A DNA stretch of 39,001 nucleotides, taken from Fidelibacterota bacterium (GTDB lineage Bacteria; Fidelibacterota; Marinisomatia; Marinisomatales; TCS55). Numbering within the stretch: position 1 is the stretch's first letter; each line of letters opens with the position of its first letter. Shown piece after piece: positions 1 to 12,341 of the stretch. The notes under the pieces were generated by a model. The model saw only the letters and a list, made by a program, of their open reading frames with translations, ran no database searches and had not been told where the DNA came from. Location: the NCBI GenBank assembly GCA_046861385.1, contig JBHHTW010000021.1, positions 1 to 39,001 of the forward strand, in the 5' to 3' direction. The position numbers were made by a program, and so were the translations under genes.

Positions 1-3
1 CTA

Positions 4-453
4 TCAATCGTATTTTGGTATTAATTCAAACTTTCTTTCCTGGCGGTTCAATACCACAAAACTCATGACGAGAAAGATAATATCACGTATAATGGTGTTT
101 AATCCAATATTTTCACCATCCGCGCTAACTTTAAAACATCCACAGGAAATGTCAATGCCCCGTAACATTGCTTGAGAAATCATAAGAATAAATACAATCA
201 TCATGATAATGCTCAAAAGTGTAGCGCCATCCACAAATATTCCAATCAGAAAACATAACCCGATAATTAATTCTGTCCAAGGGAGTATAATAGCAACGGT
301 GTTTTCTAATCCAAATGGTAATGCCTTATAATACCCAATTTGTTTAGCAAATTCCTCCGGGTGGGCGATTTTATCCAAACTGGCGTAAATGAACATAACA
401 CCCAGTATTAGGCGAAATAATAAAACAATATTATTTTTCAAGTTTGAATTCAT
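4..453 (-). CDS. MauE/DoxX family redox-associated membrane protein
   Basis: RLILGVMFIYASLDKI, PWTELIIG and RGIDISCGCF motifs; about 4 TM helices. Start moved to ATG 453, giving an ATGA overlap with the upstream rhodanese stop. Confidence 0.85.
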   Translation of the reverse strand: MNSNLKNNIVLLFRLILGVMFIYASLDKIAHPEEFAKQIGYYKALPFGLENTVAIILPWTELIIGLCFLIGIFVDGATLLSIIMMIVFILMISQAMLRGIDISCGCFKVSADGENIGLNTIIRDIIFLVMSFVVLNRQERKFELIPKYD

Positions 454-914
454 TCGATGGGATATCCTGCCGCTGTCCATTCGATCCAGCCACCTTGGAA
501 AACCATTAATTTATTAAATCCTTCATTGTATAAATCAAAAGCCAGTTCTTCACTGGAACCACACTCATCGTCACTGCAATACAAAACAATCGGATCATTT
601 CTAGATTGCAATGTATCCAGCCTGAACATTAATTCCATAAAAAAGCCACTATTCCATGCGTTTCTGATGTGGCCATCAATAAAATATTCGTCATCGCGAG
701 CATCAACAAAAATAACACCCTGATCAAACAGCCCTTTCGCTTGGGAGAGTGTAATGGCAACGGGTTCGCCGAAAACATCATTTATATCCTCAGAAACCTC
801 TATATCCTTTGCAAAATAAGATATTCCTTCAGATCGTATTGAATTAGAAATGATACCAACGACGAATGACACCAAAATCAACACCAGCATCTGGTTTATT
901 GGAACCCGGAACAT
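450..914 (-). CDS. membrane-anchored rhodanese-like domain protein
   Basis: N-terminal TM helix; FVDAR...F..GHI..A; active-site loop YCSDDECGSS; C-terminal FQGGWIEW. Confidence 0.88.
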   Translation of the reverse strand: MFRVPINQMLVLILVSFVVGIISNSIRSEGISYFAKDIEVSEDINDVFGEPVAITLSQAKGLFDQGVIFVDARDDEYFIDGHIRNAWNSGFFMELMFRLDTLQSRNDPIVLYCSDDECGSSEELAFDLYNEGFNKLMVFQGGWIEWTAAGYPIE

Positions 915-918
915 GAGG

Positions 919-2109
919 TCAGTTTATTATGGCTTTTTTCTTAAAAGGACCCGATTTAGGCTTAATAAGATTCTTTGAAACTTTCATGGGCTTTCTACGC
1001 ATAGATTTACACGTTGCCAGTGTCTTGTTTACAAATGCTAAAAGTTCCGGATCTTCACCAACCTTTTTAGACAGCGGTATGGTTCTAAACTCAGTCGTGT
1101 TAACTGCATTTGCCAAAATTGTTTCATATTTCACTGATTGCTCCCGATAATCTTTAATTAATTTCAACACATTCGGTTTACCAGCATATATTTCTTCCGG
1201 AGATTTCGTGGGGTCCTTTTTCTGAAATTTGTCCAATCGTCGATTAATCGATAACAATTTCTCTTTGGGTGCAGAGATGTCAATAATAGGATCCACAGTG
1301 TTATGAATATTCAATTCAACAATCGTGAGATATTTTCCTTGTGTACCGCTGCCGTAAACATAAGGACCGTTTTCAGCTTGTTTTGATGTAGGCCGGGTTT
1401 TTTTTGTATCATGACTCAAGAAAATATAATTCGCATCCGGAAAATCTGCAGCGATAGTCTTCGTCTGAATGTTTTGAATATTTGCTAATAAAACAACGTA
1501 ATCTACTTTCTGTCTCAGCTCAGCAATCATTGAATTTCCAGCCTCTTTATATGGGCGTTTTTTTACATAACCGATTTGACTAGGGATTTGATTTGTCACC
1601 CCTACGATACCGAATTTGAATCCGTATTTTTCAATGATAGTATAGGGAGGGAATAGCAATTGATCTGTTGTATCAGTTAAATTTGCTGAAATGAAGGGAA
1701 AACTTACTTCTTCTTTCAATGTGTGAATGAAATCGACACCTGCTGCAAGATCAAACCCACCAATATTGAGAGCGTCACACCCAATTTTTTCATACCCCTG
1801 CATAAGTGCTTTTGCTTGCAGTTTATCCGCTTCCATATTATTGGCTGCTAAAACGAATGAAGCAAAAAATGCATCTCCTGCATCAATAATTATGGGTTCA
1901 AACCCTTTTTCCTCACGGAAATTATTAACAATCACTGACTTTCTGGACAGACCGCCCAGGGGATTCTTTTTTCAGCCGCAGGGGTCTAACTGACCCCGAA
2001 CATTTGCAGTGACCATCATAGTTACTTTTCCGCTTTTTGCCGGTTTACTGCAGGTAACAAAGTTTAGTGAGAAAAATATCAATAATAAGTATCTAATCAT
2101 TTTCATCAT
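919..2109 (-). CDS. UshA-like (5'-nucleotidase N-terminal fold) selenoprotein lipoprotein; Sec at TGA 1972-1974
   Basis: The frame continues upstream of the called ORF as MMKMIRYLLLIFFSLNFVTC-SKPAKSGKVTMMVTANVRGQLDPCG-(TGA)-KKNPLGGLSRK, then DAGD, PFISANL and GIVGVT. Lipobox FVTC and a SECIS-like hairpin are present. The start may be 2106 or 2100. Confidence 0.85.
1943..1959 (-). promoter_or_regulatory. bacterial SECIS-like hairpin
   Basis: mRNA CUGGGC-GGUCU-GUCCAG starting 12 nt after the UGA; the GGUCU loop resembles the E. coli fdhF SECIS apical loop. Confidence 0.75.
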
Positions 2110-2148
2110 TTGAATTTATCGTTTTTTAAGGTTCAAAGAAAACGCCAA

Positions 2149-2474
2149 TTAGCCACCGCTGGCTTTGGCATTATATCCATTTGTTTTTAAAAGGTTCACT
2201 ATTTTTTCTCGATGATCACCTTGAATCATAATTTCACCATTTTTAACAGAGCCTCCAGAGTTACATGATGATTTCATCAATTTACCTAATTCTTTCATAT
2301 CGCTTTTATTCCCAATAAATCCTCTAATAATCGTTACCATTCTTCCGCCACCTAATCGTTGTCTCCAGACACGTAAATGCTGATCATTTGGTTTTAATGT
2401 GTCAGATTCACTATCGCTTCTATCTTTTGTTATTACTCCTGTTGTAGAGTATACTATTTTTGTATTTTGCCCCA

Positions 2475-2475
<1 letters not shown>
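2149..2475 (-). CDS. yciH: translation initiation factor SUI1/YciH family
   Basis: GGRMVTIIRG, LGKLMKSSCNSGGSVKNGEIMIQGDHR. Confidence 0.9.
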
Positions 2476-5298
<2,823 letters not shown>

Positions 5299-5342
5299 TT
5301 TATCTCCTCAAACAGAGGAAAAATTACGATCATCCATCATTA

Positions 5343-7067
5343 CTAGCTACCCGTAATTCCAACATGGATCAAATTTATGTTTTCTTTTTTTATTATGAGA
5401 TATTCCCAATCCTTTATTTCCACGGTTGCATATTTTGGTATCACCAAACTTTGAGTTGATGTTGTGGGATTAATTCTAGTCTCTTTTTTATTTACCAGTA
5501 TATTTACAGGCATATCAAATTCCTCAACGACATCAGTCCACCGATAATAAAATTGACCATTCTTTTGTGTATACTCTAGCGTGGGGACCATTCTATTGTA
5601 CAAATATTGATTAAAAAAGGATTCCAATTCAATGTCCGTCTTTTCAGAGAAATAATCACGAACATCGTCCGTACATACAATACTTTTTGCATTGTCAACT
5701 GCAAATTCTTTTAATGTGTTAAAGAATCGTTTATCGTCATCGATGATATTTCGCAGGGTATGAATAATCCAGGCTCCTTTAACATATGCATCGGCAAATC
5801 CCCAATAATTCTGGTTTTGGGGTCCCACAATTGCTCTTTTATTTCCAATATATTTTTTCTTTTGATTTAAATAGTTAATACTCATTTCGTACCCGAACAA
5901 ATATTCGATATACAGTACCTCAGAATATGTCCCAAATCCTTCGTGGATCCATACATCGGCAGGATCGCAAGCGGTAATACTATTTCCCCACCATTCATGA
6001 GCTGTTTCATGAAGTGTGATATAATCGATAAAGCCATAAAGAGAACGTGATTTCGATTTATCATAAATTCTGAAATTATTACCATAGGCCACTGCTGTCT
6101 GGTGTTCCATACCTAAATATGGAGTTTGAACCAGTTTGAAACCGTCATCCCACCATGGATATGGACCATAATAATGCTCCAATACTCTGATGACCGACCG
6201 CGCTTCCTTGAAAAATTCCCTGGCAACTTCTTCATTATAATCTAAAACATAATATGTGGCATCTCTGATTTCTCCAAGAGATTGGATCGTATCCTGAATA
6301 CCAATGTAATTTCCGATGTTCACTGTAACATTATAAGTATTTATGGGATTGCTCACAACCCATTGATATTCCGTTCGACCATATTTTTTATTAATTGTAT
6401 CGATCAATCTTCCATTTGTAATGCATATCAATTCTGAAGGAACCGTAATATTGATGGACATACTGTCCGGCTCGTCAGAAATATGATCCTTACAAGGCCA
6501 CCAATGGCTGGCTCCCAATCCTTCACTGGTAACCGCAACAAATGGTCTACCTGCTTTATCTATTTCCCATACAAAGCCATCATCCCAGGGCGGGCGAGGC
6601 GCCACTCTTGGTGTTCCATGATAGTATACAGTAAATGAGAATCGGATTCCTTCTTTTAACATTGGAAATTCCACAAATACTGCATCCTCTATTCGTGTAT
6701 AAATTAATTGGGAACCTTTAAACAAAATACTATCAATGGCCATTTCTTTTCGAAAGTCTAGTTGCAATTTCGAAAAATCATTGACCGCTAATGCGGTGAT
6801 TATATTATAACCGTGGATTGCTTTATTCTCCAAATCTATATCCAAATTCAGATCATAATAACTCACGTCGTAGCACAATCTTTCGGGTGATAGAGTGCCT
6901 ATTAGTCGGTTTCGTTCTGTTAATATAGGATAAGGGTCAGATTTTTCAGGATTACTTAATGTGGGGGCAGGATGCCCATTTGAATAATTTAATTTTTTAG
7001 GAAACATGAAATGGGAACAATTCAACGAAAACATTGAAATGAAAATGAGTAGTGGTAACCGATGCAT
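5343..7067 (-). CDS. M1 family zinc aminopeptidase (likely lipoprotein)
   Basis: GMEH, HETAHEWWGN, WIHEGFGTY and YVKGAW motifs. Confidence 0.9.
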   Translation of the reverse strand: MHRLPLLIFISMFSLNCSHFMFPKKLNYSNGHPAPTLSNPEKSDPYPILTERNRLIGTLSPERLCYDVSYYDLNLDIDLENKAIHGYNIITALAVNDFSKLQLDFRKEMAIDSILFKGSQLIYTRIEDAVFVEFPMLKEGIRFSFTVYYHGTPRVAPRPPWDDGFVWEIDKAGRPFVAVTSEGLGASHWWPCKDHISDEPDSMSINITVPSELICITNGRLIDTINKKYGRTEYQWVVSNPINTYNVTVNIGNYIGIQDTIQSLGEIRDATYYVLDYNEEVAREFFKEARSVIRVLEHYYGPYPWWDDGFKLVQTPYLGMEHQTAVAYGNNFRIYDKSKSRSLYGFIDYITLHETAHEWWGNSITACDPADVWIHEGFGTYSEVLYIEYLFGYEMSINYLNQKKKYIGNKRAIVGPQNQNYWGFADAYVKGAWIIHTLRNIIDDDKRFFNTLKEFAVDNAKSIVCTDDVRDYFSEKTDIELESFFNQYLYNRMVPTLEYTQKNGQFYYRWTDVVEEFDMPVNILVNKKETRINPTTSTQSLVIPKYATVEIKDWEYLIIKKENINLIHVGITGS

Positions 7068-7298
7068 TTATGATCCCTTTTAATGAATGTTGCAGTAATT
7101 ATGCCATAAAAACCTAATACGGAATGCGTATTGATTGAAATGACGAATTATAACTGATTACAATCCATATGATTACTGGAGATACGGCTATTGTATGGAA
7201 TGAATAAATGACTGTTTCATCCAATTCCTTAATGATTCAGTAAAATGAAAGTTAATGGGAGATTAATTCCTGTTTTTTTAATGTAAAATATTCTCAGT

Positions 7299-8006
7299 TT
7301 ATTTCAGGTAGGGTGAAAAAAGTTTTTCGAAATCATCCAAAGAATCCTGTATTTCTAAAGGAACCATTTGTGAAAAAGAATCCAGAATCACCACAGCATT
7401 TAAGTTGGCATCCTGTTCAGTTGCTTTTTGTAGCCGTTTTACAAAATTAACATTGATCCGGTGTATCTTTTTATAGGTTTTAATGAGTCCATCCATATTC
7501 AAATCAGGTTCTAACCCGTGTTTGGACCTTAAATATTGTGCTAATTGATACATCGAAGTTGCTCTATAAATGGTTTCTTCTATGGACGCAAAAGGAAGAT
7601 GGAAACGAACCATGGGTCGGAGTTTGTCAAGGTCTTCACATCCACTCGTTACCATGATAATTCCTAACAACGAACCTAATGCACGTTGAACAGGCATTTT
7701 GTTCTTAAAATAGCTTCGATCTTTGGTTTCAACAACCACGTCAACAATATCGTGAGATAGAGCATTGTTAAAAAGATTAATAAGGTCAATCGACTTGACT
7801 GCCAGTGGACAATGATCTAATCCTTCAGATTCTTTTATGCAGTCCGGGCATTTCATATAATCCAACCTGCACCAAATGGGAATATCAGTACTCTCCGGTG
7901 GTATTAATTCACAAGTTTCTGAGTCTAGTTTAATTTCATATTCTATAGTCCTGTCCTTATTAAAATTAAACTTGTATTTTATGGTTATTTCAGAATTAGT
8001 ACTCAT
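7299..8006 (-). CDS. conserved hypothetical protein (DUF6901-like)
   Basis: WCRL...CPDC...HCPLA, SLLGIIMVTSGC, RPMVRFHLPFAS and DANLNAVVILD motifs. Confidence 0.65.
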   Translation of the reverse strand: MSTNSEITIKYKFNFNKDRTIEYEIKLDSETCELIPPESTDIPIWCRLDYMKCPDCIKESEGLDHCPLAVKSIDLINLFNNALSHDIVDVVVETKDRSYFKNKMPVQRALGSLLGIIMVTSGCEDLDKLRPMVRFHLPFASIEETIYRATSMYQLAQYLRSKHGLEPDLNMDGLIKTYKKIHRINVNFVKRLQKATEQDANLNAVVILDSFSQMVPLEIQDSLDDFEKLFSPYLK

Positions 8007-8310
8007 AAAATTTTATACCCTCTAAAGATTAAAATTAATGATAAAACGATAATTATTTTATTATTCCTCACATTGAAATGTAAAACTCAATAAGATAATA
8101 ATCATTAGCTAAACGTAAGCTTTTAATCCCACTACTTAACTGCCTTTATGATTGTAAAATGAAATGAGGCCCGCTATACTTGATATTGTATCCAAGATCA
8201 TTTTTTATAAGGTTAATTGAAAGGATTAGACAATAAATTAAAATTTAACAGCTTCCAATAAAACAGGGGAAAATTAATGTAAAAATTGCTTTCAAAGTGT
8301 TTCGGTCAAC

Positions 8311-8886
8311 TTATTCTTTTATCGTGTGTAGAAATCCAACTCCTCCACCCAAAGCAACCGGTGTTGCATCACCCAATATTACATCTACCCGAAATTCAAT
8401 TGGAATTTTAATTTTATCCGACAAGGATATTTCATGACCAATTGCAAACGGAAATCCTACTGTAGTTCCGGTCCCGTTTAAGAAAAAATATATACTGGCT
8501 CCGGTCGTGATATAATATTGATCTGCTATGGTTCGTTTTATTAATCCACCCAGATGAGCTGTCCAAATTGTACCCCAATTCCATCTTGGACTGCTTAAAG
8601 GTGGAATAAACTTCTTCTCCCAATAATACAATCGATTAATCCCCAATTCAGAACCAATTGAAATAGGATCATTTTTTAGAAAAAATATTTGAACCAGTCC
8701 TTTATAATTAAACTGATTCCATTCCACCAAACCTTCATCGGTTATTTCTGAGTACTCTGGAATATCCATAGCTTCTGAAACATTGACTATTGTGTACCCG
8801 AAATTGTTTTGGATATTAACCATTGTCTGCCCTTTTGTATCATATGTGACAAAAATTAAAAACAGTATGGTGAGTCTTTTCATCAT
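8311..8886 (-). CDS. hypothetical secreted protein, possible small outer-membrane beta-barrel
   Basis: Signal peptide and alternating beta-strand pattern. Confidence 0.6.
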   Translation of the reverse strand: MMKRLTILFLIFVTYDTKGQTMVNIQNNFGYTIVNVSEAMDIPEYSEITDEGLVEWNQFNYKGLVQIFFLKNDPISIGSELGINRLYYWEKKFIPPLSSPRWNWGTIWTAHLGGLIKRTIADQYYITTGASIYFFLNGTGTTVGFPFAIGHEISLSDKIKIPIEFRVDVILGDATPVALGGGVGFLHTIKE

Positions 8887-8988
8887 AAGTCTATTGAGCC
8901 TTGTATTCCTACAAGAGAGCCAATTTAGTAAATTTTGATATGTATCGATGACTATAAATATTAATCTTGGTTTGTATCCTGCCCAGCT

Positions 8989-11577
8989 CTATCGCAATAG
9001 AACCATCTTCCGGTTTTTTGTGAATCCATCCATCCTGATCTGGTAGATATAGACTCCAGCGCTGACTGATTTTCCGCGATCATTAGTTCCATCCCAAATA
9101 GCTTGATGATTACCCTTCACTTGTTCAGTATTTACCAGTGTTTTCACTTCTTTACCAAGCAGATTATAGATTTTTATCGTAACGGTGGATTGCTTTGGTA
9201 TTTCATAATGGATCGTTGTGATTGGATTAAATGGATTTGGATAGTTCTGGTGCAAACGAAAATAGGCCGGTTGCATAGGGTCTGGTTTTTCAAGGCCCAT
9301 AAATATTTCCCCTGCGAGCTCTCGTCCTTGTGAATATCCTGAACCCGTACTGTCCATAAGATAAATATTGACCCAATCGGGACGGGGAGGAACATGACCG
9401 GCATCGACTATTTCGTACCATCTTTCATCTGTTAGCCGATCAAAATTTTCCGTAATGTGTTCATAGTACGACATTGCAGGTCCAACGTATGCAAGAGAGG
9501 AATCACCACTGGGAGTCTGGTCAACCAAGTAAATACCTAAGTTCACCTGTCCAACGCCCACGTGCAATACCCGCCCAACCATTGAACCGCTTGCGTCCGT
9601 CGGTTGGGTATGAACATCTGCTACAATATAATCGTCCTCATAAGCGCCACCCCATTCATCATATTTGTATAAATAAAATAATTTGATATACCAGCCGTCA
9701 GGCGGTATAGCAGGGCCGCTGCTATTTGGCTGCCATTCGCTGGTAAGCACCCGTCGAAGAAAATCAATCTCAATTTCGTTAAACGGTGTTCCATCAAGTT
9801 CTTTCAATGCAAGTGTTTCGAGCGTATCAACAATCGACCCCAGTTCTTCATAGTAATTCACGATACTTTCAACCGTAATACTATCATCGGCGCTCAGGGT
9901 GGCAAAATAACTACCTGCCTTTTCGGCAAACAATCCAATTTGTTTGTAAAATTCAGGGTATGGCTCTACATATCCATGAGGATACCAGCATGCAGCTCCC
10001 CCAGTATAAGATTGTTTGGCATATAATAGATTATCATGCCTCAATTGCGACCAGGAAGCCAATTGTGTATTTAGTTTCTGCTGGTGCCAACCCGTCGTCT
10101 TCATGAAAAAAGGCAGATTGTGATTATTCCCAGACGGATTAAGGGACCGCAAGGTATTCAGCCAGGTATTATAAAGGGACTTGGACCAGAAATCTTCATC
10201 ATAAGCATCCACAAGGTACCTGACGCCTGCAAGAGATGATGAGTACTTATACGTATCCAGCTCATCCTTGATCAGCTGTAGTGCATCATCATTACCGATG
10301 GCAAACATAGCATCTAATGGGTTCGGCATAGGACGCCAGATATTGGAGTTCTGATATCGTATCCAAGGAAACACTACCTTTGAGAATATATACGAATCAA
10401 TGATGAAACGCTGACCCAATAATTTGAATGATACGGGAAGAGATTGTGGTTCATCAAAACCATCGTATATAAAAATATTTGATAAGATTTTCTGTTCTGA
10501 AAAAGGTGACTGTTTTATGGCGCTTTGAAACGATGTGTAGACCGTTTCATTCAGAAGATCGTCAGCCCTTTCGATTCCCTCATCTGTGATAATTTCCTGC
10601 AGTTCAGATGATGTCAGGTTATCACTCTCACCCACCATAAAAGTGATAATTTCATCCATTTCGTCTAATGTACTTCTTTCGACAGAGAGAATTAATAACT
10701 CATTCAGCAGCACCGTACCCAAATTCATCCTTCGTATATCCGTTTCAGGAAGTGAGTCTGGTGATTGGGTCAGAAGAAAATCCATTCTGCCCAGCCACAT
10801 CATCGATCGGAAATATCTGGAGAGCTCTTGTGAATCCGTATAATGCCCTCTCACGGTAAACTGTGAAAAGTCAAGCTTTCGAGACGTCTCTGTGAATAAG
10901 GGCATAACTACATATTCTTCAGCTTCAACGGCGCTCCAGTACTGCTGAAAAGTTTCACTTGCCATTAATTGAGGAGCCACCAGATAGCCATCCAAAAGGG
11001 ATTTTGCCATTGTGATGTAGAGATCCACATCCATGAGTGCATTTTCCATTTCCTCATTGGATTGATACTGATTCAATAACTTGGGATAAGCTGCAACCAT
11101 GCCATCGAGAATCTTATGGAGGTCGGGTATCAGGAATGCATACTCCAGACTCTTTAATATTTTATCATAAGAAAGATGAAAGGCTTGTAATATTGCATCA
11201 GTAGATACAAAAACAGGTAAGTCCTTGCGAAAAATGTCGATGAAAGCATCGCCCATCGATGGAAAACTCAGACGCTCCGTTACAACGAAATGTCGATCTT
11301 CCAGTGCTGTCAATTCATCGTCAGTTAGTTCATATTTGATCCGGATAGAGTCTAAATACTCAAATGAATTTAGGTGGGCAGGGGTACCGGTCTTTGACCA
11401 GTAAGTTGTTTTTGGTGAATACATGTTTAGGAACTCTTGACTCTCCATATTCTCGTGGTCTCTCAAGAATTGGTAGAATTCATCTGAGTTGAAGGAGTCT
11501 TGAGCAAAAGTAGCTTTTGGTCCCAAAGTAAAAGAAATGCTAATAATTAGAATTACGAATAACTTTTTGTATTTCAT
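8989..11577 (-). CDS. DUF3160 domain protein with C-terminal FlgD/T9SS-type Ig domain
   Basis: DFSQFTVRGHY, WSQLRHDNLLYAKQSY, GYVEP, IVADVHT; C-terminal QNYPNPFNP...WDGTND; AGGAG upstream of ATG 11577. Confidence 0.85.
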   Translation of the reverse strand: MKYKKLFVILIISISFTLGPKATFAQDSFNSDEFYQFLRDHENMESQEFLNMYSPKTTYWSKTGTPAHLNSFEYLDSIRIKYELTDDELTALEDRHFVVTERLSFPSMGDAFIDIFRKDLPVFVSTDAILQAFHLSYDKILKSLEYAFLIPDLHKILDGMVAAYPKLLNQYQSNEEMENALMDVDLYITMAKSLLDGYLVAPQLMASETFQQYWSAVEAEEYVVMPLFTETSRKLDFSQFTVRGHYTDSQELSRYFRSMMWLGRMDFLLTQSPDSLPETDIRRMNLGTVLLNELLILSVERSTLDEMDEIITFMVGESDNLTSSELQEIITDEGIERADDLLNETVYTSFQSAIKQSPFSEQKILSNIFIYDGFDEPQSLPVSFKLLGQRFIIDSYIFSKVVFPWIRYQNSNIWRPMPNPLDAMFAIGNDDALQLIKDELDTYKYSSSLAGVRYLVDAYDEDFWSKSLYNTWLNTLRSLNPSGNNHNLPFFMKTTGWHQQKLNTQLASWSQLRHDNLLYAKQSYTGGAACWYPHGYVEPYPEFYKQIGLFAEKAGSYFATLSADDSITVESIVNYYEELGSIVDTLETLALKELDGTPFNEIEIDFLRRVLTSEWQPNSSGPAIPPDGWYIKLFYLYKYDEWGGAYEDDYIVADVHTQPTDASGSMVGRVLHVGVGQVNLGIYLVDQTPSGDSSLAYVGPAMSYYEHITENFDRLTDERWYEIVDAGHVPPRPDWVNIYLMDSTGSGYSQGRELAGEIFMGLEKPDPMQPAYFRLHQNYPNPFNPITTIHYEIPKQSTVTIKIYNLLGKEVKTLVNTEQVKGNHQAIWDGTNDRGKSVSAGVYIYQIRMDGFTKNRKMVLLR

Positions 11578-11798
11578 ACAAACTCCTATGAAAATCAAAG
11601 CAATGGATATCAGAAAAGAATCACACCATCAATCAACAGCATCAAGAACCAAACTCTATAACAGCATCTTAGTCATACTGTAAACACATAAATCTCTGCA
11701 ATGAATATAAGGATTTTTAACGAAAGTATGAGGCCTCCAGGAAAATAATTATAAAATTATAGTCATTGAATATTATTAGTTTACAAATGAGTTTCTCG

Positions 11799-11986
11799 AT
11801 ATTCTCAGTATATCCTGTTTTAAATCGGCCACAATGATAATATCACAAAAAGAATTTTCTCCGAGCCTGCTGCGACGTAGCTCTGCTATATCTAATGAAT
11901 ATTTCCGCCTTCGTTCCGATTCATCGGAACTACGGCGCGTTCGACTACACTCTAACGAGCGAAGTCGAGTGGAGCCAGACGGGATC
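11799..11986. repeat. 188-bp direct repeat, copy 1 (includes tRNA-Ala 3' end)
   Basis: Identical to 12070-12257 except 11960 c versus 12231 t; offset 271 bp. Confidence 0.92.
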
Positions 11987-12024
11987 CCTGCCGGCTGTAG
12001 GCGGGCCTGTCCGCCGTAGGCGGG
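11987..12024. repeat. two tandem 19-nt GC-rich REP-like palindromic units
   Basis: cctgccggctgtaggcggg + cctgtccgccgtaggcggg. Confidence 0.65.
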
Positions 12025-12069
12025 GAACCGACTATTTTGATTTTTCATACTCCGAAATTTCAGATGTAA

Positions 12070-12240
12070 ATATTCTCAGTATATCCTGTTTTAAATCGGC
12101 CACAATGATAATATCACAAAAAGAATTTTCTCCGAGCCTGCTGCGACGTAGCTCTGCTATATCTAATGAATATTTCCGCCTTCGTTCCGATTCATCGGAA
12201 CTACGGCGCGTTCGACTACACTCTAACGAGTGAAGTCGAG

Positions 12241-12257
<17 letters not shown>
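12070..12257. repeat. 188-bp direct repeat, copy 2
   Basis: Matches copy 1; overlaps the last 17 nt of tRNA-Ala. Confidence 0.92.
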
Positions 12258-12313
<56 letters not shown>

Positions 12314-12341
12314 ATTATTTTCTTATAATTGCAGGAGGAAT

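Noticed and set aside
1972-1974. TGA as a nonsense mutation or genome-wide UGA recoding
   Set aside because: TGA terminates other genes here (accA, lepA, rhodanese), so the code is not reassigned. The CxU context and hairpin favour Sec over pseudogenisation.
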